From Gemmatimonadota bacterium (GTDB lineage: Bacteria > Gemmatimonadota > Gemmatimonadetes > Palauibacterales > KS3-K002), in contig CP070812.1 in NCBI GenBank assembly GCA_020344015.1, positions 2,385,002 to 2,449,001 of the forward strand: 64,000 nt of DNA, given 5' to 3'. This document shows, piece by piece, positions 30,259 to 40,700 of this stretch. Numbering within the stretch: position 1 is the stretch's first letter; every line of letters starts with the position of its first letter. The notes below the pieces were generated by a model. The model was not told the origin of the DNA. It saw nothing but the letters and a program-made list of their open reading frames with translations, and did no database searches. The position numbers and the translations under genes are program-made.

Positions 30259-30945
30259 ATGCGAGACTATACATCGATGTGGGAAACGCAGGCGCAGCCG
30301 GTTCCCTTCCGCTGGCCGCAGATTCAGGCGAAGCTGGCCGAGGTTCCAGCGACGACCTGGTCGCTGTTCGTGGTGGCCGTGGCCATCGCGACGGCGAGCG
30401 CGGTCGGCGGCGTACCGCAGGCCAGCAACCCGGCGGCGGAGCAACTGGGTTCGGAGCTGGCGACCTTGGCAGCGGAGAACCACGACCTGCGAAGCGAGAT
30501 CGAGTTGAAGACGCTTGAGGTCGAGCGTCTCGGACAGATCCAGGCGTTCTCGGGCGAGTTCCGGATTCCGGCGGATCGGGCGATGCTGGTCTACGACATC
30601 GCTTTGGCGGAGGATGTGAACCCCGAGTTGGCGTTCAATCTGGTGCGGGTGGAGAGCGGCTTCCGGCGAACGGCCGTAAGTTCGGCGGGCGCGATTGGTT
30701 ACACGCAGGTGCGGCCGAGCACGGCTCGCTGGCTCGACCCGACGGTTGAGACGCGGGATCTGTTCGACCCGGAGATCAACCTACATCTGGGTTTCCGCTA
30801 CTTCCGCTACCTGCTCGACGAGTACAACGGCGATACCCGTCTGGCGCTGCTCGCGTACAACCGCGGTCCAGGACGGGTCGGCGGCCTGCTGCGCAGCGGT
30901 GTCGACCCAGCGAACGGATACGCCAAGGCCGTGCTGGGAGAGTAG
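30259..30945 (+). CDS. Lytic transglycosylase domain (SLT) protein, membrane-anchored
   Basis: N-terminal TM (WSLFVVAVAIATASAV), SLT core EDVNPELAFNLVRVESGFRRTAVSSAGAIGYTQVRP…LAYNRGPG. Confidence 0.7.
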   Translation: MRDYTSMWETQAQPVPFRWPQIQAKLAEVPATTWSLFVVAVAIATASAVGGVPQASNPAAEQLGSELATLAAENHDLRSEIELKTLEVERLGQIQAFSGEFRIPADRAMLVYDIALAEDVNPELAFNLVRVESGFRRTAVSSAGAIGYTQVRPSTARWLDPTVETRDLFDPEINLHLGFRYFRYLLDEYNGDTRLALLAYNRGPGRVGGLLRSGVDPANGYAKAVLGE

Positions 30946-30977
30946 AAGTTCGAATGTTCAGTTCCGGAGGTCGTTTG

Positions 30978-31130
30978 GGAATTCTCGAATGACGATCAGG
31001 GGAGCAAAGGAACAGGGGAGGTAGGGAGGTAAAGAAGCGGGGCGCCAGCTGAATCGGGTGGCGCCCCATTTCTATACCTCCCCACCTCCCCTGTTGCCCT
31101 GATCCCCGAATCGACACTCGAGAATTCCCG
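30978..31130. repeat. Long imperfect nested palindrome between convergent SLT genes, with a terminator-like GC hairpin at its core
   Basis: Outer arms gggaattctcga…aacaggggaggtagggaggta (30978..31031) and tacctccccacctcccctgtt…tcgagaattccc (31076..31130) are near-reverse-complements (about 55 nt each, few mismatches). Inner stem ggggcgcc(31039..31046)/ggcgcccc(31060..31067), followed by atttct. Confidence 0.6.
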
Positions 31131-31137
31131 ACGACTT

Positions 31138-32577
31138 CTAATTGGTGTCTACGTAAATTCTAACCTCGTCACCTGGGTAGATTCGACTGGTCGTCAGTCC
31201 GTTCCACAACATCAGATCGCGGGCGGTGACTTCGTAGCGCCTGGCGATGGCCCAGAGGCTATCGCCCGTCTGTACTCTATAAGTGATGTACGGACCTTGA
31301 GGTGGGCGCGGTTCCACTCGTACCGGCACACTCCGTCTAACCGTGGTCGCGGCGGCATAGCGCGGCAGCCTTCCCGCCCTCGGGATTATCAAGCGCTGAC
31401 CGATGCGGAGCTCTCTGGCCTTAACGCCCGGGTTCGCCGCGCGGATGGCTGAGACGCTGACGCCGTAGAGCCCGGCGATCTCGCCCAGTGTATCCCCACG
31501 TCTGACAACGTGCTGGACCCAGGTAACTCGCTCGGAAGGCGCGACCTGAGAGTAGTGCAACGCGAATTCGTGGCCGGTACCGGGCGGAACGCGGAGCGAG
31601 TAGCGCTGGCCTGGTGGCGTAACGCCGCGCAGGATTTGGGGGTTCAACTCGATGACCTGGGCTACCGGCACCCCAGCCGCGTCGGCGATCACGTCGAGGC
31701 TCGTGGCATCAGGCACCTGCACGACATCATAGGCCATGGGCTCCGCCGTCTCGATGCCGAAGAACCCGTAATGTTCCGGCTGTTTCGCGATTAGCGCGGC
31801 CGCGATGAGCTTCGGTACGTAGTTCCGCGTCTCCCGTCTCAGAAAGCGGCGGCGTGAGAGCGTCCAGAAATCATCGCTTCCGGAGCGCTGGACCGAGCGA
31901 CGGACACGGCCGGGGCCGCCATTGTAGGCGGCGGCAGCCAGGTACCAGGAGCCGAACTCGGCATACAGGTCCGCCAGGTGGGCTGCTGCCGCCTTGGTGG
32001 CGAGGATCGGATCACGGCGCTCGTCCACCCAGTAAGAGATCTGCAGATCGTAAAGCCGGCCGGTGCTGGCGATGAACTGCCAGAGACCCACGGCGCGAGC
32101 GCGGCTGTAGGCGCGTGGGCTAAACCCGCTCTCGATCAGCGATATGTAGACCAGGTCTTCCGGCAAGCCCGCGTCCCTCAAGATCGCTCGCATCATCGGT
32201 TCGTAACGGCCGGCGCGCCGCAAGTAGATTGTGAAGTTCTCGCGACCATCACCGCGGAAGAACTCCAACCAACGCTCGACGTCGATGTTCATGGTGATCG
32301 GGATGTCCCAGGTCGGGATCCCGGATCTCAACGCGCCGCCGTCCTCTGCCCCCGGCTCACTCACTCCAGCTGCTGCCTCAGGCTCTTCCGCCGCTGTAGC
32401 GCTCTCCTCCACCTGCTCGATCAATAGGCCCAGGCTGTCCTCGACGGCCACCGGACCGGCCTCTGCCTCGGGGACCGCAGGCTCCGGGTCGGCTGACCCA
32501 ACGGGCAGCGTCGCGCACGCCGAAGCCAGCGCCGCCAGTGCAGCGATCTTCAGGGCCCGCCAGGATGATCGTCTCAA
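31138..32577 (-). CDS. mltD: Membrane-bound lytic murein transglycosylase D-like (SLT domain + 2 LysM)
   Basis: SLT motif YISLIESGFSPRAYSRARAVGLWQF, two C-terminal LysM repeats (VRRGDTLGEIAGLYGVSVSAIRAANPG; VQTGDSLWAIARRYEVTARDLMLWNGL), N-terminal lipoprotein-like signal. Confidence 0.8.
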   Translation of the reverse strand: MRRSSWRALKIAALAALASACATLPVGSADPEPAVPEAEAGPVAVEDSLGLLIEQVEESATAAEEPEAAAGVSEPGAEDGGALRSGIPTWDIPITMNIDVERWLEFFRGDGRENFTIYLRRAGRYEPMMRAILRDAGLPEDLVYISLIESGFSPRAYSRARAVGLWQFIASTGRLYDLQISYWVDERRDPILATKAAAAHLADLYAEFGSWYLAAAAYNGGPGRVRRSVQRSGSDDFWTLSRRRFLRRETRNYVPKLIAAALIAKQPEHYGFFGIETAEPMAYDVVQVPDATSLDVIADAAGVPVAQVIELNPQILRGVTPPGQRYSLRVPPGTGHEFALHYSQVAPSERVTWVQHVVRRGDTLGEIAGLYGVSVSAIRAANPGVKARELRIGQRLIIPRAGRLPRYAAATTVRRSVPVRVEPRPPQGPYITYRVQTGDSLWAIARRYEVTARDLMLWNGLTTSRIYPGDEVRIYVDTN

Positions 32578-33701
32578 GCCCTACCCCCCATGAGCTCGTC
32601 CAGCGCGCTGAGGAACAGTGTGACGTACTCTTCCCTGCACGTCTCACCCATCAGCCCAACCCGCCAGATCGCCCCTGCCAACGGGCCCAGTCCACCGCCT
32701 ATCTCTATACCGAACCTCTCGAGTAGCTGCCGCCGGAACGCCACGTCGTCCACCCCACCCGGCACACGCACCGAGGTCAGCTGCGGCAGCCGGTAGCGTT
32801 CGTCGACAAGCAGCTCCAAGCCTCGCTTCAGCAACCCGCTCTGCAGGGCGGCACCGAAGCGGCGATGTCGCTCGAAGCGCTCCGGCAGCCCCTCCTCCAA
32901 GATGATGCGCAGCCCCTCGTGCAGCCCGTAGAGCGCGTTTATCGGCGCCGTGTGATGGTACGCACGTTCGCCGCCCCAGTAGGAGCCGATCAAAGTCAGG
33001 TCCAGGTACCAGGAGTGCACCTTTTCTTTCCTGGCCCGGACACTATCCATCGCCCGCTCCGAAAGCGTGATCGGTGCCAATCCCGGTGGGACGCTCAGAC
33101 ACTTCTGCGTGCCCGAATAGGCCACATCGATGCCTCGCTCATCGACCTCGACCGGCACACCACCCAGGCTCGTCACCGTATCCACGACGAACAGGGTCTC
33201 CGTCTCACGCAGGTAAGCTCCCAGTTCCTCCAACGGCTGAAGCACGCCGGTGGAGGTTTCCGCGTGAACCACCGCCAACAAGCGGGCGTCCGGGCTCGAC
33301 CCGTGAACCTCGATCAGCTGCCCCACGTCCAGGGGTTCGCCCCACGGCGCTTCGACGGTCACCGCCCGCGCACCCGCGCGCTCGGCATTGGCCACCATTC
33401 GCTGGCCGAATACCCCGTTCACACCGATGATCGCAGTATCGCCCGGCTCCAGCAGGTTATCGAACACCGTCTCCATCCCAGCCGAGCCGGTGCCGGAGAT
33501 CGGAATCGTCATGCGATTCGCGGTGCCGAACAGCAGCCTGAGCTGAGCCGCGAGCTCATCCATCAGCCCAAGGAAGGCAGGGTCGAGGTGACCGATCGTC
33601 GGCCGCGCCATCGCCAGAAGCACTCGAGGGCTCACGTTCGACGGCCCCGGGCCCATCAAGAACCGTCGCGGCGGCTCAAATGGCGGACAGCGAGCTGTCA
33701 T
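32574..33701 (-). CDS. Class V aminotransferase (alanine-glyoxylate / serine-pyruvate aminotransferase family, PLP-dependent)
   Basis: LMGPGPSNVSPRVLLAM N-terminus and overall AGXT/SPT family pattern. 4 nt overlap with the mltD start. Confidence 0.8.
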   Translation of the reverse strand: MTARCPPFEPPRRFLMGPGPSNVSPRVLLAMARPTIGHLDPAFLGLMDELAAQLRLLFGTANRMTIPISGTGSAGMETVFDNLLEPGDTAIIGVNGVFGQRMVANAERAGARAVTVEAPWGEPLDVGQLIEVHGSSPDARLLAVVHAETSTGVLQPLEELGAYLRETETLFVVDTVTSLGGVPVEVDERGIDVAYSGTQKCLSVPPGLAPITLSERAMDSVRARKEKVHSWYLDLTLIGSYWGGERAYHHTAPINALYGLHEGLRIILEEGLPERFERHRRFGAALQSGLLKRGLELLVDERYRLPQLTSVRVPGGVDDVAFRRQLLERFGIEIGGGLGPLAGAIWRVGLMGETCREEYVTLFLSALDELMGGRA

Positions 33702-33764
33702 ACGCTATCAACCGTTACTGGTCGGGGGGAAAGACACGCCAAGGCCCTGACGCTCCACGGTGTT

Positions 33765-34202
33765 CTATTCGCCGGCCGACAGGAAGTTCCCCAGGACGCG
33801 GTTCGTCGCGTTGAGGACCGCACGTGCCACGCCCTGAGGTACGCCGCCTTCCTGGGATGGCGCCGTGCCGATCAGCCGCCGGTCTCCCCCCGTCTCCGGA
33901 TCGACCACACCCAGCGCGACGATCGCCACCGAGTCGTCAAACGCCTTCACCGACTTCACCCCTATGAGGCGGAAGTTCACCTGGCCGCCCAGCAGCTTGT
34001 GTAGCGCATCGAGTGTCGCCTCCGCGCAGACCCGCAGGTCGACAGCACCGCGTCCGTGGGCTTCCGCCTTGCCCCGATACTCGACGGCCTTCCACTCCAG
34101 AGCGATCTCGGCGAGCGCCCGCGTGTCGGCCCCATGCGCCAACTGCGCATCCACCAGCCTGACGCGCTCTCTTTCACGACCTTCTTGCCAGGGTGTGTTC
34201 AT
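33765..34202 (-). CDS. Hypothetical protein, possibly GlcG/HbpS-like (DUF336) fold
   Basis: 145 aa. Weak similarity to DUF336 (AEAHGRGAVDLRVC…IGVKSVKAF; LIGTAPSQEGGVPQGVARAVL resembles the HbpS C-terminal LVGAIGVSGGTPEQDEECARAGL). The assignment is tentative. Confidence 0.3.
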   Translation of the reverse strand: MNTPWQEGRERERVRLVDAQLAHGADTRALAEIALEWKAVEYRGKAEAHGRGAVDLRVCAEATLDALHKLLGGQVNFRLIGVKSVKAFDDSVAIVALGVVDPETGGDRRLIGTAPSQEGGVPQGVARAVLNATNRVLGNFLSAGE

Positions 34203-34334
34203 GACCGCTCCGCAAGGGCGACGCCGCCCGCGAACCCTATGCCATGGCGGGAAGAGCCAGCCGGCCGCACAGGTTAGCTAGCCGACAAAAGATAGAGGTG
34301 CTCGGCGCACCGGTCAACGTATTTGGCAGTCCGG

Positions 34335-35861
<1,527 letters not shown>

Positions 35862-35915
35862 TTATTCGTCTCAGCAAGCTCCATAGCTGAAGATACGCGG
35901 CTGCTCAACGGAGTG

Positions 35916-36290
35916 TCAACGGGCCTCCGCGCCTTCGGCGAGCCGCTCACGCACCGGAGCAGGCAGCCGGAGAGCCAGGTCCTCCAAGCTACCGCAGAGA
36001 TCGACGATGACATCATCCGGCCCGTCCCAGTGGGCCAGAACCAACTCTGCTCCCGCGTTTGTAATCAACCGATCGATCGCCAGCGCCAGAATGAACAGAT
36101 CGTCCAGCTGGCCGATGATCGGCAAGAAGTCAGGGATCAGGTCGATGGGGGTGAGCGTATAGGCGATGGCCGCAGCCAGCAGCCCTTTGTCGGCGCCCGA
36201 GACCCTCGGGTCGCGGAGCAGTCGCGTGAGCAGCACGAGGAACCGTGGTATCCCCGCCAGCAGATCTCGGATCCTGGCCCTCGTCGCCAT
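35916..36290 (-). CDS. DUF1232 (YkvA-like) membrane protein
   Basis: TPIDLIPDFLPIIGQLDD matches the DUF1232 signature. Confidence 0.8.
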   Translation of the reverse strand: MATRARIRDLLAGIPRFLVLLTRLLRDPRVSGADKGLLAAAIAYTLTPIDLIPDFLPIIGQLDDLFILALAIDRLITNAGAELVLAHWDGPDDVIVDLCGSLEDLALRLPAPVRERLAEGAEAR

Positions 36291-36293
36291 CGC

Positions 36294-36665
36294 CTAGTCG
36301 ACGACGATCTTGGTGGGCCGTTCGTCCGAATCGTCGTCGTCCGGCCCTTCGTTATCCTGTTTGCGCCCGACCTTCTCGAGCTCGTCCGCCAGCCCGCGGG
36401 CGGTCTTCGCCGCCGTGCCCACGGCACGATCGACCACACTGAGAGCGCCCATCACACCCTTCAGCGCCCAGGGGGCAGCCCGTCGCGCACGCAGTTTGTC
36501 CTGGATCCCCTCTGCGAACTTCTGCATCCGGTCCGGCTCCTCGGACGCCTCCTCGGAGTATTTCCCCTCGAGAAACTCGACGTAGTCCAGAACTTGATAC
36601 AGCTGCTCGTCCGGCAATGACTCCAGCTTTCGCCAAACACGGCGGCGCAGGAATACATCCGACAT
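36294..36665 (-). CDS. Hypothetical protein with DUF2281-like N-terminus and acidic C-terminal tail
   Basis: LESLPDEQLYQVLDYVEFLEGKY resembles DUF2281. C-terminus is Asp/Glu-rich. 3 nt gaps to both neighbours. Confidence 0.4.
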   Translation of the reverse strand: MSDVFLRRRVWRKLESLPDEQLYQVLDYVEFLEGKYSEEASEEPDRMQKFAEGIQDKLRARRAAPWALKGVMGALSVVDRAVGTAAKTARGLADELEKVGRKQDNEGPDDDDSDERPTKIVVD

Positions 36666-36667
36666 CC

Positions 36668-37366
36668 TTAACTCTCCTCTTCCGATCCCAAGGGAGCCAC
36701 ATCCACTATGTTAACCTCGAACGGTACCGCCAGCTCGGCCGGCCCCAGACGGATCTCCACGTCCAACAGCGTGCCTCCCAACCATGCCGCTTGCACGACG
36801 TCACACGCCTCGGCATAACCGCACTCGACTTCCCACGGCATCTCCAACCGAACGCCTGCGACGGCGTCGAAGACCTCGAGACTGCGCCGACCTGCAGCCC
36901 GACCGAGCCAGACGGCAAGATAGCGGCCAGCCGGTGCCCAGAGCACCGTGTTCGGCACCGCCGCCGACCAGCGTCCCAGAACGCGAACCGCCGGTTCACC
37001 GAGCCCCACCACACCCAGACAAGCGCCGGGCCCGCTCGTCGACCAGGCCGCCAACGCCGTGTCCGCAGCAAGGTCGAGACGTTTGAAACGAGCCTTGCCG
37101 AACTCTGGAAATTCCGCCGCACACTCCTCCAGAGTGTCCGGCGCAGTCTTGCCCGCGTCGGGAAGCACAGCCACCGTCACGAGTGATTCACCCTCCCTGC
37201 GGTAGAGGGCCCCACCCCCGACGGCATAGGGCCCCGCCCGCTCGAGGGCGACGGTCGGTGGTTCTTCTACTTGCGCCTGCGGCTCCCGCTCGGCGCGTTC
37301 ACACCCCGCGCACAGAGCAGTGGCCAGGACGCCAGCAGCTACTGCTCTCAGGCTCTCCAGACGCAA
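36668..37366 (-). CDS. Hypothetical lipoprotein
   Basis: Signal peptide with lipobox LATALCAGC. No recognisable domain. Confidence 0.45.
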   Translation of the reverse strand: MRLESLRAVAAGVLATALCAGCERAEREPQAQVEEPPTVALERAGPYAVGGGALYRREGESLVTVAVLPDAGKTAPDTLEECAAEFPEFGKARFKRLDLAADTALAAWSTSGPGACLGVVGLGEPAVRVLGRWSAAVPNTVLWAPAGRYLAVWLGRAAGRRSLEVFDAVAGVRLEMPWEVECGYAEACDVVQAAWLGGTLLDVEIRLGPAELAVPFEVNIVDVAPLGSEEES

Positions 37367-37609
37367 AAGGCAAAGAGATGGTTTCGCGCCCGTCTCGGGG
37401 CGCCGGATCGGTCCCGCACTCTGTACCGAATAGTACCGAAGCGCGGGGCCGGTTCGCCAGGCATCGGCGGCTGTTCGCTCCGGACGGCCCTCGGTCGGCG
37501 CTGCCAGGGCCCCACTTTGCGGACCACGTCCCTCCTGGCCGTAGATGTGCCGCTCGGCTAGCTTGATTGACTTTCAGGTCGAGGACGGCCAACGGCAGGA
37601 GAGCGATAG

Positions 37610-38344
37610 ATGGATTTTAGCGGAAAGGTGGCGCTGGTCACCGGCTCGGCGCGCCGGCTCGGGCGCTCGATCGCCGGCGCGCTTGCGGAGGCCGGCTGTG
37701 CCATCGTTATTCACCACCACGCTTCGCCCAGCGAAGCGGCCGACGCCGTCGGCGAGTGTCGGGCGCTTGGGGTGGAAGCGGCGGCTCTCCAGGCGGACCT
37801 CGGCGATCCGGAACAAATAGATCTATTGTTCGCCGAACTCGAGAGCAGCTTCGGCCGGCTCGATATCTTGGTTAACAATGCAGCGACCTTCGCCGGGGTC
37901 CCAGCAACGCAGATCACGCCCGAGGAATGGGACCGCGTACTGAATCTGAACCTACGGGCACCATTCTTCTGTAGTCAGCACGCGGCACGTTTGATGAAGC
38001 GTACAGGGGCGGGATCGATCGTCAACCTCGCCGACGTCGCGGCGTTCCAGGCCTGGCCCGGATACGCTCACTACTGCGTCTCGAAGGCGGGGCTCGTGAT
38101 GGTGACGCGTGTGCTGGCCCGGGCGCTGGCGCCGGAAGTGCGAGTGAACGCGGTTGCGCCGGGGCCCGTGCTACCGCCGGAGGACACCTCCCCCGACGAA
38201 CAAGAGCGACTCGCGGAGTTGACCGCGCTAAAGCGGTTGGGCGAACCGGACGACGTCGTCCAGGCCGTGCTCTTCCTGGTCAGGTCCGACTATATCACGG
38301 GTGAAACGATCGTCGTTGACGGCGGGAAACTACTCAGGACCTGA
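37610..38344 (+). CDS. SDR family NAD(P)-dependent oxidoreductase (pteridine-reductase-like)
   Basis: GKVALVTGSARRLGRSIA…IHHH Rossmann motif, LVNNAA, catalytic YxxxK (YCVSK). The only plus-strand gene inside a roughly 33 kb minus-strand array. Confidence 0.8.
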   Translation: MDFSGKVALVTGSARRLGRSIAGALAEAGCAIVIHHHASPSEAADAVGECRALGVEAAALQADLGDPEQIDLLFAELESSFGRLDILVNNAATFAGVPATQITPEEWDRVLNLNLRAPFFCSQHAARLMKRTGAGSIVNLADVAAFQAWPGYAHYCVSKAGLVMVTRVLARALAPEVRVNAVAPGPVLPPEDTSPDEQERLAELTALKRLGEPDDVVQAVLFLVRSDYITGETIVVDGGKLLRT

Positions 38345-38356
38345 GGACTCAGACTC

Positions 38357-38740
38357 TCACGAGCCGCCTTCCAGCACCACGAACGCGCAGGCGAGCCCGG
38401 CCTCGTGGCTCATGCTGACCCACACCCTGGTGACACCCAGGCGCTCCGCCTCCGCCCGCGCTTCCCCGGAGAGCTCGAGCTGCGGCCGCCCGGACCCGGC
38501 CCGCAATACCTCGAGGTCGGTCCAGCGAATGGTCGGGAGCTTCCCCGTTCCCAGAGCCTTCAGAGTCGCTTCCTTGGCAGCGAAGCGGGCTGCCAGGCAC
38601 TCGCCGGGATCCGCCCGTCCGTCGCAGTCCGCAAGCTCGCGCTGGCTGAACAGCCGCCGACGCGCACGCTCGCCGTGACGCGCAAGAGCCTGTCGTACGC
38701 GCTGCGTCTCGACCAGGTCTATTCCGATTCCGAGGATCAA
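38357..38740 (-). CDS. acpS: Holo-[acyl-carrier-protein] synthase
   Basis: MILGIGIDLVETQRVRQALARHGERARRRLFSQRELA…FAAKEATLKALG is the AcpS family pattern. Confidence 0.9.
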   Translation of the reverse strand: MILGIGIDLVETQRVRQALARHGERARRRLFSQRELADCDGRADPGECLAARFAAKEATLKALGTGKLPTIRWTDLEVLRAGSGRPQLELSGEARAEAERLGVTRVWVSMSHEAGLACAFVVLEGGS

Positions 38741-39927
38741 CCTTCTAGAAAGGCCGGGATGCTCACTTCAGACGCCGACGGGTGCACGAGTACGCCGTCT
38801 CCCGTGGGCAGACTGATGATGGCGGGCGCGTCCTTCACAATTCTGTGGAAGCCCTTCCCCTCCAGGATGCGGTGCACGAAGATCCGCCTCACCAACACCA
38901 TCGCGCTGGCCAGCACCGGAACCGCTACCAGCAGGCCCACGACGCCCAACAGCTTGGCCATAACCAGAACCGACAGGATCGTGAGCACCGGCGGCAACTC
39001 GACCTGCTTCTCGAACACCATCGGCGCGACGACATTGGCCTCGAAAATGTGGACAACCACGCCCAGCAGGATCACCAGCAGCGCCTTGGTGAGACCACCC
39101 GTGCCGATCACGAACAAGGCCGGCAATATCGTCGAGACGATGGTCCCGAAGAACGGGACGATTACTGCAATCCCAGTGAAAACACCGAAGGCGAGGGAAT
39201 AGGGAACGTCGAGCAGCACGAGGCCGACCCAGGTCAGCGAGCCCAGTACCACCATCGAGATCCCCAATCCCACCAACCAAGACCTGATCGTGTGACCCAG
39301 ATCGGCGAGAATGTCACGCGCCAGCTCGCGGTAGGCAGGCGGCGTGATGGCGATGAGCCCTTCACGGTAGACCGACGGCTTCACCGCCATGTAGATGCCC
39401 ATGATCAGCACGGACACCAGGTGAATAGCGACACCGATCCCGGAAAAGATGTACGGCACGACGTCGCCGAAGAAGGCCCTGGCCTCCTCGAACACCCGCT
39501 CGCCGATATCACCACCGCCCTCTGCGCCCCCGCCTAGAGGGCCTAGCAGTCGGCCCAGCAGACTGTCCTCCTCTTGAGCCAGCTGTGTGAGCTGTTCCTG
39601 GACTTCGTCCAACCGGCCCGGCAGCTCGCCGAGCAGGGCCTGGAACTGATTGACGACCGGAGGTACGATCAGCAGTCCTACGAGCCCGATCAAAAGGAGC
39701 GTACCGAGCAGAGCGAGGACGACACCGAACCCGCGAGCTACGGCGAAACGCCCAGTGACTAGATCGGTGAACGCACCGAGGTAGACAGCGAACAGCGCGG
39801 CGACGAAGAGAAGTAAGAGTAGATCGGCGACGCTGTTGACGAAGAGGAGGAGGAGGACGACGAAGACAGTCGTCGCCAGTACGCCGTAGGCTTGACGGGG
39901 GCTGAAACCGGAATTCGAATCAGCCAG
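38737..39927 (-). CDS. AI-2E family transporter (PerM/YdiK-like), start codon non-canonical/uncertain
   Basis: 8-TM AI-2E pattern including IFEANVVAPMVFEKQVELPPVLTILSVL. The track ORF starts at TTG 39693, but the reading frame stays open and encodes typical AI-2E N-terminal TM helices up to 40035. No ATG/GTG/TTG in frame between 39694 and 40035. CTG at 39927 overlaps the pspA stop. Confidence 0.7.
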   Translation of the reverse strand: MADSNSGFSPRQAYGVLATTVFVVLLLLFVNSVADLLLLLFVAALFAVYLGAFTDLVTGRFAVARGFGVVLALLGTLLLIGLVGLLIVPPVVNQFQALLGELPGRLDEVQEQLTQLAQEEDSLLGRLLGPLGGGAEGGGDIGERVFEEARAFFGDVVPYIFSGIGVAIHLVSVLIMGIYMAVKPSVYREGLIAITPPAYRELARDILADLGHTIRSWLVGLGISMVVLGSLTWVGLVLLDVPYSLAFGVFTGIAVIVPFFGTIVSTILPALFVIGTGGLTKALLVILLGVVVHIFEANVVAPMVFEKQVELPPVLTILSVLVMAKLLGVVGLLVAVPVLASAMVLVRRIFVHRILEGKGFHRIVKDAPAIISLPTGDGVLVHPSASEVSIPAFLEG

Positions 39928-40690
39928 TTTGTTCCTCCTCGGGCTCGGGCTCTTCCTCGATGATCTCCGCTTCGCGGACGTCGCCCTCCGAGTGGACTTC
40001 TTCTGCCGCCGCCGGTAGCAGGCCCATCTCTTCCTTTAGAGCCTCGAGCTGGCGTTCCACGTCGATGTCGCCGCCCTCGAGGCGCTTGAACTGCCGCTCC
40101 AGGTCGTCCCCACCCAACTCCTCATCCACCTCCGCAGCAGCCAACGCCCGCACCTCAACCTCCTCGATGCGCTCGGCCATCCGGTCGAAAGCCTCGAACG
40201 AGCTACGATCGGCGAGCCCGGTCAGGGTCTCGTGAATGCGCTTTTGCGCCGCAGCGCGCTTCTGACGAGCGATCAGAAGGTTACGCTTGCGCTTCGCCTC
40301 CTCTATCTTGCTGCTCAACTGGCGCAGCGTGTCCTTCAATTTTTCCGTCTCGGAAGCGTGGCCTCGCCACTGCTCCTCCAGCGTGCCGGCATGCTCACCG
40401 TGCTCTTTGCTGCGCAGCAGGGCCTGCCGCGCCAAGTCGTCTCTCCCCTCGCGCAGTGCCAGCTTCGCTCGCCGTTCCCAATCTGCGGTCTGGTCCCGCT
40501 CGTCCTGCACCTGGCGCCGCAGTTTTCGCTCGTCGGCGATGGCGACAGCGACCTCCTGCTTCGCCTGCGCCAGTTGCGAACGCATATCGTCGATGATCTG
40601 GTTGAGCATCTTCTCGGGGTTCTCGGCCCGAGCGATCAGGTCGTTCAAGTTCGACCGGACCATCGTGGACAGTCTGCTCCAGATACTCAT
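39920..40690 (-). CDS. pspA: PspA/IM30 (Vipp1) family envelope stress protein
   Basis: MSIWSRLSTMVRSNLNDLIARAENPEKMLNQIIDDMRSQL N-terminus and extended coiled coil, acidic C-terminal tail. Confidence 0.9.
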   Translation of the reverse strand: MSIWSRLSTMVRSNLNDLIARAENPEKMLNQIIDDMRSQLAQAKQEVAVAIADERKLRRQVQDERDQTADWERRAKLALREGRDDLARQALLRSKEHGEHAGTLEEQWRGHASETEKLKDTLRQLSSKIEEAKRKRNLLIARQKRAAAQKRIHETLTGLADRSSFEAFDRMAERIEEVEVRALAAAEVDEELGGDDLERQFKRLEGGDIDVERQLEALKEEMGLLPAAAEEVHSEGDVREAEIIEEEPEPEEEQTG

Positions 40691-40700
40691 AGCTCTCTCT

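Noticed and set aside
35913-36620. 235 aa plus-strand ORF
   Set aside because: It overlaps the DUF1232 and DUF2281-like genes on the opposite strand, both of which have recognisable signatures.
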